Positions 14,801-26,265 of a stretch of 64,000 nt of DNA are shown here, piece by piece. Position numbers and translations under genes: made by a program. The notes beneath the pieces were generated by a model. It was not told where the DNA came from, searched no databases, and saw only the letters and a program-made list of their open reading frames with translations. The DNA comes from Hormiphora californensis (Eukaryota; Animalia; Ctenophora), in NCBI GenBank assembly GCA_020137815.1, contig CM035359.1, positions 7,254,001 through 7,318,000 of the forward strand, written 5' to 3'. Positions within the stretch are counted from its first letter, which is position 1; the number at the start of each line of letters is the position of its first letter.

Positions 14801-16669
14801 AAACAACACGGGGTTTAGTTTGTATTCGAATACCTTTCTCCATTTCTTAGTGAGAGTGAAGTCGGGTGCTAACTCTTTATCTGTAATTACCCTCCCCTTA
14901 CTACGCAGGGTGATGCAGAAGTTAATAGCGAATGCACCGTACCACGATTTCGATAGTAGGATACTGCGGCCAAAGGAGAAGCGAGATTACAGTCTAAACG
15001 CGGATGTGTACCACAGAAAACATAACAGTACCTACAGAGAGAAACAGAAAGTTAGCCTGCCTAAGGTATTGGAGACTGAGCAAGAAAGCAGTGACGCGTG
15101 ATGGCTTGATTTTGGGGAGGGTTGCTTTAAATTTCCCACGGTCTGTGTGTATATTGTATACACGCGCGCCAACTCAGGGGTCTTTAGTCCTGTCTGGTGT
15201 CTGCGCGCCCTACAGACATGACAACCAATTAGTGTGTGACAAGGTTGTGTCCCTATACATTACACACAGGGAATTGGGAATCACCGAGCCTATAACACAC
15301 CAAGGGGGTTCTAATAACACAACCCTTCACAGGTGCAGATCGATGAATTCAACTACAGTGTGATAAACGTGGTTCTACAGTATATTCACACGGGGAGCTG
15401 CTATATCTACACCTCACACCTACCCAGTCTGATAGCCGCAGCCGACAGGTATCAGATAGATCCGATTTCAGTTTTCTAATGAGATAACATAATTGCATGG
15501 ATGATAATATTTAACTTCAGATTTGAGTTACCAGAGTTACGAGAGGCGTGTCTAAAGATCCTACCTAATGCCATATCATTCTCAACAATAATCTCAATGT
15601 TAAACGCAATGGAGCATTACATCCAGTACAAATCTGTCAAGTGCATGCTTCAGAAACTACTGGAGTTCGTAGACCAGAACATACGCAAGGTAGGTTACTA
15701 CTGACTACCTGTACCTACTAGGAAAGGTAGGTTGCTACTGACTATAGGTACCTACTAGGAAAGGTAGGTTGCTACTGACTATAGGTACCTACTAGGAAAG
15801 GTAGGTTACTACTGACTATAGGTACCTACTAGGAAAGGTAGGTTACTAGATTACTACTATCTTAGGAAAGTCCCTAGTCCCTACTCTGTTTTCTGTTTCC
15901 GATTATAATTTGAATCATTCTGAAATCTGTTTGTGTATTTACAAACATATCCCCCTCCCTCATTTCACTCCATGTCTCTTCACAGGTGCTAGCTTTACCA
16001 GCATTTTGTGAGCTGAGTGAACACGTGTTGCAGTTAGTGTTTGCCCGAGATCTGGATATAGATGAAATAGTGAAGTTCATTGCAGCTGTGAAATGGGGCA
16101 AGGAATACTGCTCTAAACACGAGGGTAAGATATCACAGATGGGGGGGGGGGGGGTTGAGGGTAAGATATGAGGGGGGGGGGTGTTGAGGGTATATTATTA
16201 TTATGATGATCGATCAATCGAATTCTTGTAAGACTATTATTATTTGATTCTAGTTCGACCACTACCCCTCTTATAATACACCCTCGTATTCCAGGGAAGG
16301 AACTGAAGACTGCATTACAGCAGTTAATGAACAAGGTACAGTTCCACCTGATAAAACCACGAGATATCATGCAGGTAGGTGATGGAGAGTGTTATAGTCT
16401 CTCTCTTCTGTCATTTATAATTGTCAAACCCCTGTTATAATGGATCGATTATAATACCAATACAAACCCTCCCTCTCTTCTCCCCCTACTAACCCCCTCC
16501 CCTCCCCTACCCCTCCAGATTGTTTACCCCTCCTCCCTTCCCCCTACAGATTGTTTACCCCTCTGGAGTGGTACCTGACCACAAACTGATAATAGCCTTG
16601 GCGTTCCAAGCTGATCCCAGAAGTGTGCAGGGGATAAAGGGGGCACCCGTCCTGGAACACACTGTATGA
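8863..16669 (+). CDS. LIM - Rap GTPase-activating protein (Rap1GAP-type) - BTB/POZ - BACK multidomain protein, ~23 exons
   Basis: ATG at 8863. LIM CLVC..HMKCFRCEIC..TCSSH lies in exons 8863-8921, 9130-9231 and 9317-9398. RapGAP motifs: HWNYY..GPCILS (10635-10748), FKGFRGGLD (12444-12536), FHVSTLLPY (12725-12786), LQRKRHIGND with the Asn thumb (12934-13077) and FRDFLMCKIVNGQNAAF (from 13820). BTB: FCDVVICVG (from 14717) and LQYIHTG (from 15333). BACK: FCELSEHVLQLVFARDLDIDEIVKFIAAVKWG (from 15986). Last exon 16550-16669 ends in TGA. Exon phases are compatible. Confidence 0.85.
10895..11266. mobile_element. Non-autonomous DNA transposon (MULE/Merlin-like) in a RapGAP intron
   Basis: TIR ggtaggcggtaaatgttaaccagatctg / cagatctggttaacatttaccgcctacc, with a perfect 9-bp TSD gtcacatac. 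Confidence 0.85.
12031..12223 (+). repeat. 21-bp minisatellite (~9 copies) starting at a splice donor
   Basis: (ag|gtaacagtgatgttgagag)n. Confidence 0.9.
14279..14603. mobile_element. MITE with poly-G termini and internal tgtaacactt 10-mers
   Basis: G8-tgacacgtaacactttgtaac...gttacaaagtgttacgtgtca-C8, flanked by taaaaa on both sides. Confidence 0.75.
15686..15849 (+). repeat. 37-bp tandem repeat containing a splice donor (5 donor copies)
   Basis: (aag|gtaggttrctactgactataggtacctactagga)n. Confidence 0.9.
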
Positions 16670-16810
16670 GGGGGCACCCGTCCTGGAACACACTGTATGA
16701 GAGGGCCCCATGTTGATCTCACACTGTATGAGGGGGCACCCGTCCTGGAACACACTGTATGAGGGCGCCCCACTCTGATCCTACATTGTATGAGGGGGCC
16801 CCACTCTGAT
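16639..16810 (+). repeat. Tandem repeats of the last codons and stop of the RapGAP gene
   Basis: gggggcacccgtcctggaacacactgtatga occurs three times, plus degenerate variants. Confidence 0.85.
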
Positions 16811-17415
16811 CAGAACTATTATTGAACACGTGGAATAGCTGCAGGTGGTGCGGTCAACTTGGAAGATCCCATGAAGTGTGAACGTTGTTCTCTCCCTTTA
16901 CGAACAATAGCTCTGTTCTGTTAATAACTTTATAAAACAAAGAGGTCAGATATCTCCGTGAAACTTCGTTTATTTCCAGATTTCTGATATGATTAGATTT
17001 AGTTACAGGATGTCTAGGATAGGGTAACCTAAATAAGGCTCCAATGTTTCTCAATTTTTTAGTTTCAAGTGACAGCACTATTCAAATCATACTACTGATA
17101 TCCAAGCTCTAAACATGAGATGGTATTCAATTTGAGATTATTATTCAATTGGAGATTATTATTGAAATCATACCCGGCTTGTCTGAGTACTATCGGCTCG
17201 ATTATATCCTGTGTTTCACACAGCCCTGGTAGTGTTATATATTCCAAATATACTGTGTAGTGTGTTTTAGTGCAACTTTACCGTTATATTACCCATTGAG
17301 GGTGTGTGTTTGTGTTCAACTTTGCTGTTGTTTTCCCTTTTTAATATTTCACTAACCAAAACACGAGAGTTTGCAAAATGTGTTTCAACGAGAATAGTAA
17401 ATCAAACTAAATAAA

Positions 17416-20400
17416 TCAGTTTCTCTTGTTCTTCTTCCCCTTCTTTCCCTTGTTTTTATTCTTCTTTTTGTTCTTGTTCTTCCTCTTCTTGTTTCCTCTG
17501 TTGTCCGATCCAGAATCATCGTAGTACCTCTGTCCCTCATTATCTGATCCCTTCTGTTCAATGCACTGCTGGTGGCATTGCTGTACACATGCACCACCCT
17601 TCTCACCATCCTTTCCGCCATCCCTATCTCCGTCCCTTCCGCCATCCCTATCTCCGTCTCGACCTCCATCTCTATCTCCGTCTCGACCTCCATCCCTATC
17701 TCCGTCTCGACCTCCATCCCTGCCCCCGTCTCGACCTCCATCTCTGTCACCGTCTCGACCTCCATCTCGACTTTCACAGCTCCTCATACAAGAGTCCATA
17801 CAGTCTCTATCAGGTCGCCCATAGCCACCTCCAGTACACTCCTGGTGACACATATCCTGGCATTCACCACCCATACCTCCATCTCGACCTCCTCCCCGAC
17901 CACCGTCCATACCTCCATCACGGCCTCCTCCTCCTCGACCCCCTCCTCGACCACCGGATCCTCTCTGGGGTTCTGCTGCTCTTGGTCCACGGCCTCCTCC
18001 CCTGCCGCCATCTCTGTCTCCACCTCGGCCTCCTCCCCTGCCGCCATCTCTGTCTCCACCACGGCCTCCTCCCCTGCCGCCATCTCTGTCGCCTCCCCTT
18101 CCACCATCTCGACCACCGTCCCTGCCTCCGTCTCTTCCTCCATCCCTGCCTCCGTCCCTGCCCCCATCTCGACTTTCACAGCTCCTCATACAAGAGTCCA
18201 TACAGTTTCTGTCAGGTCGTCCACCATAGCCGCCTCCACACTCCTGATGGCACATACCCTGGCATTCACCACCCATACCACCATCTCTATCCCCATCTCG
18301 GCCTCCGTCTCTATCTCCATCCCTTCCTCCATCTCTATCTCCGTCCCTATCTCCGTCATTTCCACCATTAGCTTCACACTCCTCCACACAAGGGTCCATA
18401 CAAGTGGGATCAGGACGACCCTTCTCTCTATCTTCATCCCCATTCTGGCCATTGCCCTCTCCCTGCCGGGTCATCACCATTACTGTCCTAGTCTCCTGCG
18501 TGCAGACATCCTTAATACCATCCTCCTGAAAGAGGTAGAACATTAAACTAGATACAATTATAAAGCTAATTGCTAAACATGTTCAGACTCTAGCTCACGC
18601 GGGGATCGTGAATGTAGTACAGTTCAATACCGAACCAAAAACAACACATGTTACACCCCCATTTCCTGTCTGGCGGCGCCAGACCCCGATTTGACAGTGC
18701 GCTCAGTGGGGTCTGTGACGCCAGACAGCCCCTATTACTTACAGTTTTGCAGCTCAGCCCACAGTCCACTCCCTCGGGGCAGCAGGGAGCCAACTCAATC
18801 GTCTGTTCTGTTTTACCCCATGTATATCCAATATTGTAGGTGGTGCTGTGAGGTGGGTTTGGTTGGTTACATCTCACATTATTGCAATTATAATGTCACA
18901 AGATTCAAGAAGTAGTACATAGTAGATCTCTAAAATTAAGTAAAATTGAAAGTTAGGTATATTTCACTTACTTTATTTTATCACTGCAGTCAGCCCACTG
19001 GTCAGTATCACTGAATTCACAAGTCTCTGGTAGCATGGCTTTCTCTCCGTGGCTCTTCTTTCCCATACTCATGAACATGGAATCATCGAAGGGGCAGGAA
19101 CAGAAGAATTCTCGGCTCTTTTTAGTCCCAATATCTCCCAGAATCTGAGGTTCAACACAGTGTCAGGCGAGAGAGGGATCAGAGGTGTTGAAAATAGTTT
19201 CAGGAGGTTGAAGGATTAAGGTGGCCCACATGATATTTAATAGGGTCTCGCTTTCAGAGTTATCTAGACGGATCTAGATTGTATCCACCTCTAGAGCTAG
19301 CTCGAAGCATGTGTCAATGTCAATCATTAGGTACATATTATATTGTTTACCTTGCCTCTGATGCATCCAAGAGAGTAAGGGGCATCCACTGTCATGTGGT
19401 ACCTATACTTCCCATCAGTTCCGACACGACCTGGAAATATGTGTTAAAGCTAGCACACTATATAGTTTCCAGTTAGGTCATAACATGTTACACAGGTGTA
19501 ATAGTGAACCAGTAATTAGTAAATCACAGATCGAATATTTCCAATTAAGGCCGTTCAACTCACCACCACATTCGTCCAGATCTTGTTTTGTCATTTGGAC
19601 TCCCTGCTCGTTCCACGGCCCATAGATAGGGAAACCGTCAATAGCAACTCCCCAGATGGCTGAAAGGGGAGTTAGGATTAGGGCGGGAAAAGAGGTTTCT
19701 AGGAATAGGAAGGGGGATTTAGGATTAAGATGGGGAAAGACATGTTTTCTACCCTGTCGTGCCTTTCTTTGAGCGATTATCTGGCGCCGGTTAGCAGACT
19801 CTTTGAGAGTGGAACGATACAAAACGAGTTCCCTCGTTACTTACATGATGGCTGACCACACACAGGCATCTGTACACAGGGGGAGTAATGATGGTAATGG
19901 TACTGCCCATCAGGAGAGGGGTGTCCTTCACAGATATCTAGTTCCTCAAACTCGGCAACAATAGGACAGCCCAGTTCAGCGGGGTACCAACTATCAATAG
20001 CAACACCTAGTGTGGGGTGGTGGTTAGTAGAGGGGTACCAACTATCAATAGCAACACCTGGGGTGGTGGTTTAGTTGGTTTAGTGCCATTTCAAGTCAAG
20101 TAATGCCATGTGGCCAGTAAGCGGAGGTCGGAAACAAGATATATCACTAACTAACCAGATGTAGCGATGGCCATGAATCCCATTGGTAAACAGTACAGGG
20201 GTCCATCCTCTCTGAACTCAGGGTTAGCAGGGATATACAGAGTGTTCTTGATTTCCTGAGAAGAAAATGGAGATGTTATTGTCAAAACATGGGCCTGAAC
20301 CTATTCTCATTTCGGTCAGAGCACGCAAGAACAGCGGTCAGAGCATTGGCCGGACAGAGATGTTCGCAATTGGTAATTAAAGGTTGACAAGATACCTAAA

Positions 20401-21203
20401 ACTTTTCGTATATCGTCTTATTTTGATTTATCATTAATTTTCAGCATTTTTTCAGAATTTTTTGTCGGCTAGAAAAAAATTCTAAATAGGGGGTCTACCG
20501 ATATTGTCAGCACTGGTTTTACTGGGCACACTCACTGCGTCTCGCAAATTGAAATTCACGTTTCCGGTTCCTCAAAAGATAGCTACTTGTTCTTGGTTGC
20601 GTTGGATTGGTCTCAATAAGACCTTTCCAACGCTACCAAAACGGTTTCTGTATCTCATCAGGAACCGGAGATATTACGGTATCAATTTTTAAATTGCGCC
20701 TCTCGTTTATCAGTAGACCCCCTATTTTGCACATATTTCTAGCCGACAAAAAATTCTGAAAAAATGCTGAAAATTAATGATAAATCAAAATAAGACGATA
20801 TACCAAAAGTTTTAGGTATCTTGTCAACCTTTAAGGACTATAAGTACCTTGACATCGTTAGGATTTCCATTACCATTAGGGAACACCCATGTGTCGTGAG
20901 AGGGGATACCATTTGTGTAAATCATCTGCCTCCCATCTCCTAGATCCTCGGCATACACCTGCAAGGGGAATTGTGACATGAGTAATCTCCATGTATGCGG
21001 GTGAAATGATGCCTGCGGTGTTCCCTGATGTGTGATATAGATAATTAGGGTACTAGTACCATTATATTTACCTCCGATTTGAGACCAGTGTTGACACACA
21101 CATGGTCAGGGTTCCTGGGTTTGAAGGCAGCTAATTCCTCAGGGGTCAAGGCATGGGATATACCCAGTAGTAGTAACACTAGCACGGACACCATGTTACT
21201 CAT
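17416..21203 (-). CDS. Secreted YHYH-domain protein (~688 aa, 9 exons) with C-terminal Cys-flanked (R/D/G) repeats and a Lys/Asn-rich tail
   Basis: Exons 21072-21203 (signal peptide MVSVLVLLLLGISHA), 20848-20958 (TNGIPSH), 20156-20255, 19845-20006 (LDICEGHPSPDGQYHYHH), 19564-19659 (GVAIDGFPIYGP..LDECGG), 19351-19430 (YRYH), 18972-19144, 18743-18845 and 17416-18525. They total 2067 nt in one open frame. Confidence 0.85.
20381..20830. mobile_element. Kolobok-like MITE (TTAA TSD, AG..CT termini) in YHYH intron 2
   Basis: ttaa|aggttgacaagatacctaaaacttt...aaaagttttaggtatcttgtcaacct|ttaa, with ~100-bp TIRs. Confidence 0.85.
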
Positions 21204-21701
21204 GGTGACGTACCAGCTATAGAGGGGGTGCATTAGGAGTTATATAGTGTGTTTAATAAAACAAGATGACGTGGTGATCTACATTATAAAATGTAGAAAC
21301 TGAAGCAACAGATGCCACATTGCAAAAACCAAGACAGCCACGATGGTGGAATGATAGAATGTAGTGGTAGTACTGAATGACGATTCTGTGTTTACTCTCC
21401 AAGCATTATTTGTAGTGCAAACACCACCAGACAAACAACAATAAACACTGCACTTTACAATAGAGAGAGCTAGGGAGTTTACCTTTGAGAGAGAGAGACA
21501 GGTTAATACTAGAGAGAGAGAGAGAGAGACAGGTTAATACTTGGGAGAAAGAGAGAGAGAGAGAGAGAGATGCACAATGGGTGCAGTGTCCTAGACAAAC
21601 ACACTTTCCAATCAAATTGTTGCGGTGACAGCACCCGGAAACGTGCCCCCCATGTCGCCCGACACAGTACTGCAGCTCAGATATATATTGGTGGAGGAAT
21701 G

Positions 21702-21769
21702 CAGGCAGACCCCGATTTATCGGATGGGTAAACTTCCCCCGAGCATCCCGGTAAATCGGGGTCCGCCTG
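21702..21769. mobile_element. Tiny MITE related to 38996-39167
   Basis: caggcagaccccgattta...taaatcggggtccgcctg|ta. Confidence 0.6.
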
Positions 21770-22235
21770 TATGGTCAGCCACTAAAGGAATGCCAGTTGT
21801 GCGAATAAGGGCATGATTCTCTGAATGGTGTACTGAGCATGGAATATCAGGAAATGAATCCCTTTTAAATAGTTGGGTTTGTTATTCTAAGCAATATAAT
21901 ACAAGATCATTCAATGATGATACAAAATAATTTAATTGTCAGAGCTGGGACGCTAAGACAATAAACGTAATTCTTCAACTCCACTTCTCGGGAAATGACG
22001 ATGGCAAGAATTATAGTGTAGTCACTTAACTTCTCCACTGTTCCGGATAACATGTACGTCACATGCCGAATCTATCAGTACTACAGCTGCAGTCACAGTC
22101 TTACATTGCATCACTGAAACTATAGTTACACAACGTCACCCTTGTTTAGTAACCCCTTACTCAACAAGCCACCCGGCCCCATCCATCACCGAATCCTAAA
22201 TTGTACCGTACTAAGACGGTCAGACAGAACACAGA

Positions 22236-22373
<138 letters not shown>

Positions 22374-23499
22374 GTGGGTTAGACCCAGTATATATCTGAG
22401 CATTGATAGTGTTATTACTAGCTGGAGTGTGCAGATGGTAAGCACTTGTCAACAAATCACCTGCACACACACTTGATGCATCTGTTGTTTTCATTGGTGA
22501 TCGATTAGCTGCGGTGAGTTCCAAAAATGGAAATTACCTACTTTATCAAAATGGTAGTAGATTTGCATTATATGTGAAGAGATCGTATGATCTTCTAGAT
22601 CTTCTAGATCGGTCTTATCTTTGATGGAAAGAACTGCTTTGATTTCTATCCACCTCACTATAACCAGTTACAGTCCAGTTTTGATAGCACCCACCTGTTA
22701 CTTTCTAATCGTGGGAAGAGGTTTAAATGATTAGTCCACTAGTAGTATAACCGCAAGACAATTATTTCCTCTCACCAAATATTGTGTTAGTGATAACGTT
22801 AAGGTTTAGTTACTGTACTTGCAGTTGCACTGATGGAAATTACCGGATGTGATATATGATGAAGTACCTACAAACTCTTGGTTATACTTATGGAGGGATG
22901 AAGTGTGAGATTGTCCCTCTCACCCCTTCCCTGGATATTGATTGCTTGGAAACACGTCCCTTGAATAATGAATCGTGTCTAAACAAATACTACCCACGAT
23001 CACTACCGAATCTGCCATCTCAATGGAAATCCATGTCTGCTTCTATCTTGCCGCTTCCTTGATCTCTCTGCCTCACTCCTTCTTCTCTCTCTCTCTCTCT
23101 CACCCCTTATTATATCTCTCCCTCTCTCTTCTTCGTGGAGATTTCCTAACAATTCCCGGAGATACATGAACTACTCCGGAACTAGAATTGCTATTATAGC
23201 TCCTCACTTTTCTGTGACACTTCATGATAGCGGACATTGTTTATCTAATCCAATACCTGTATTTGTATTAGGTTGAGAAAACCTCCCCACTATTTTTCAA
23301 TTCCTGAAACTGACAACCACACATACCGGTTTTTCTCTCTCTCTATTTCTCTCTCTCTCAATACCCTTGACCGAGGGGGAGGAGGGAGGAAATAGAGGTT
23401 GTTTACCATTTCTATGTCGCATTCAATTCATATTCATCAATTTGTTCAGGAACCTTCATCAATAAATCCATCGACAATTGTGATTTAGTTTTTAGATCT

Positions 23500-24190
23500 A
23501 GTTATAGCTGCCTATAATTGTTGTGTAAGCTACTGAATAAGTTGGATACCTCTCTCTCCTTCTTCCACGTTTGCTTTTTCCTGATGTATCCCCCTGTCTA
23601 CATGCTGCTTACTTGCTTCTTACTCAACTTAAGTTATAAACCATTTAATTGATTTAACTCAACTCAATTCGATACATTTGAAAAGCTACAATAATGGGAG
23701 AATTGGAGAGTGTAGCTCATACGCTCGCGGCAGGACGACGAATTTTGTAAGTTTTACTTGTTGTTTTCTGAGAGCTATTCTAAAAGGGTGGTCGACCCCA
23801 CCCCCAGCAGGATGAGGCTTAACTTGTATTAGACAATTTTAACCGGTTATCTAAGTTTTCACAGTACACCGGTTACAGTGTACTGTGAAAACTTAGACCA
23901 CTGCAAAAACACTAGTAATTATAAAGTAAAATACCGTTGCAGTGATATGTGAAAAATTAGACACTTTCTAGTCACACGCACACAGTGTGAACATTACGTC
24001 ACTATACAGTACACACGCCCTAACTACTGCACAGTGCACACGCCCTAACCCTTATCTTTTCTTCCCCTCTGCAACTATAGGTCACGTGATCGTCACGTGA
24101 TGGCACCACCCCAATGAGCGTCCTGCATCTGCTTTCCCTCTCTGCCTTCGATTCTCTCTTTCCCTATCTCTCTCTCTCTCTCTCACACAC

Positions 24191-24224
<34 letters not shown>

Positions 24225-24257
24225 GGTCCACTACACGCACCACTCCCGCATGGGGCC

Positions 24258-24312
<55 letters not shown>

Positions 24313-25782
24313 CTCATCTCTTCTCTCTCTATTCACCTCTCTCTCACTATCGTCATCTGATCAGTCTGATCTCATGCTCCTTCTCTTTTCTACTATAAGT
24401 TGGATCCTCTCTCTCCTTAGTCTCCGTTCTGCTTTTTTTCCGATGATCCACCCTTCAAATGATGACTGCTTTACTGCTCTTTACCAACAATTGTTAAAAT
24501 CTCTTTAACTATTTAACTCACTCAATCGGAAATTTGAACAGCTACAATAATGGTGAGAATTGAACGTGTAGCTTACGCTCGCGGCAGGCGACGAATTTTT
24601 AAGTTTTACTTGTTGTTTTCATTATTGTAGTATTCTAAAAGGGTGGTCGACCCCACCCCCAGCAGATGATGCCTTAACTTGTCACTAATATATTTAGACA
24701 ATTTTAACCGGTTATCTAAGTTTTCACAGTACACCGGTTACAGTGTACTGTGAAAACTTAGACCACTGCAAAAACACTAGTAATTATAAAGTAAAATACC
24801 GTTGCAGTGATATGTGAAAAATTAGACACTTTCTAGTCACACGCACACAGTGTGAACATTACGTCACTATACAGTACACACGCCCTAACTACTGCACAGT
24901 GCACACGCCCTAACCCTATCTTTTCTTCCCCTCTGCCTATAGGTCACGTGATCGTACGTGATGGCACCACCCCAATGAGCGTCCTGCATCTGCTTTCCCT
25001 CTCTGCCTCGATTCTCTCTTCCCTCTCTTTCCTATCTCTCCACCTCTTCTCTTCTCACACACTTCTCTTCCTCCTCTCTCCCTCCCGATCCGCCACACGC
25101 ACCCTCCCCTGGCTCCCTCTCTTCTCGTCCTCTCTTCTTCTCTCTCTCTCTCCTCTCTCTCTCTCTCTTCTCTCTTCACTCATCTTCTCTTCACTCTTTT
25201 TCCAATCTCTACATTCGATCTGCTTTTCATCTCTATCCACATTCGTCTCATTCTTTCACTTTGCCTCCGCTCTGGCCTAAGTACATCAGAGCTCAGTGCT
25301 CCTCGTATCCTTACCTCCAGCTCGCAGCTAGTCAAGATCTCCTCACCTATCGTCTGGTCATATTTGTTTCAAACATCTTGCATCGTACAATAATGACTTA
25401 ACCAGTCATCTAATCATATATTAGACAATTTTAACCGGTTATCTAAGTTTTCACAGTACACCGGTTACAGTGTACTGTGAAAACTTAGACCACTGCAAAA
25501 ACACTAGTAATTATAAAGTAAAATACCGTTGCAGTGATATGTGAAAAATTAGACACTTTCTAGTCACACGCACACAGTGTGAACATTACGTCACTATACA
25601 GTACACACGCCCTAACTACTGCACAGTGCACACGCCCTAACCCTTATCTTTTCTTCCCCTCTGCAACTATAGGTCACGTGATCGTCACGTGATGGCACCA
25701 CCCCAATGAGCGTCCTGCATCTGCTTTCCCTCTCTGCCTTCGATTCTCTCTTTCCCTATCTCTCTCTCTCTCTCTCTCACAC

Positions 25783-25814
<32 letters not shown>

Positions 25815-25847
25815 GGTCCACTACACGCACCACTCCCGCATGGGGCC

Positions 25848-25937
<90 letters not shown>

Positions 25938-26265
25938 ACTCAATCTTTATCTCGTTCACTCAGTTTGTTTCCAAAATCATCTAATAAAATTAGATGACTG
26001 CTTTTACATGCTCTATTACACAACAATAATGTTAAAGATTCTTTCACTTTTAGGCCTCGCAGGCTCGGCCCAAAAGTACAACTACAGAGCTCGCAGGCTC
26101 GCTCAGTAGTTACACTTAGCGTGCCTCGCAGGCTCGGCAGCTAAGTAAAAGGATCTACCTCGACCTATCGGTCTCGGTTCATTATTGTTGTATTTAGAAC
26201 ACTCGGCCTTCGGCCTCGTGCACTAAATAGTAATAGACCATTTTAACCAGTCATCTAATCATATA
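23500..26265. repeat. Head-to-tail triplication of a ~0.8-kb segment in MFS intron 1, including a degenerate second copy of exon 1
   Basis: The block ttagacaattttaaccggttatctaag...gcatctgctttccctctctgcc starts at ~23829, ~24693 and ~25421. An exon-1-like copy with indels lies at ~24550-24605. Confidence 0.85.

Noticed and set aside
17385-18546. Overlapping long ORFs in other frames (17572..18546, 17589..18371 and others)
   Set aside because: They are shadows of the stop-poor 12-bp repeat. Only the - strand RDGG frame splices to upstream exons.
18599-18665. Alternative YHYH exon (KWGCNMCCFWFG...)
   Set aside because: It is phase-compatible, but exon 18743-18845 has a stronger donor (GTAAGT) and a more plausible sequence. 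It cannot be excluded without RNA data.
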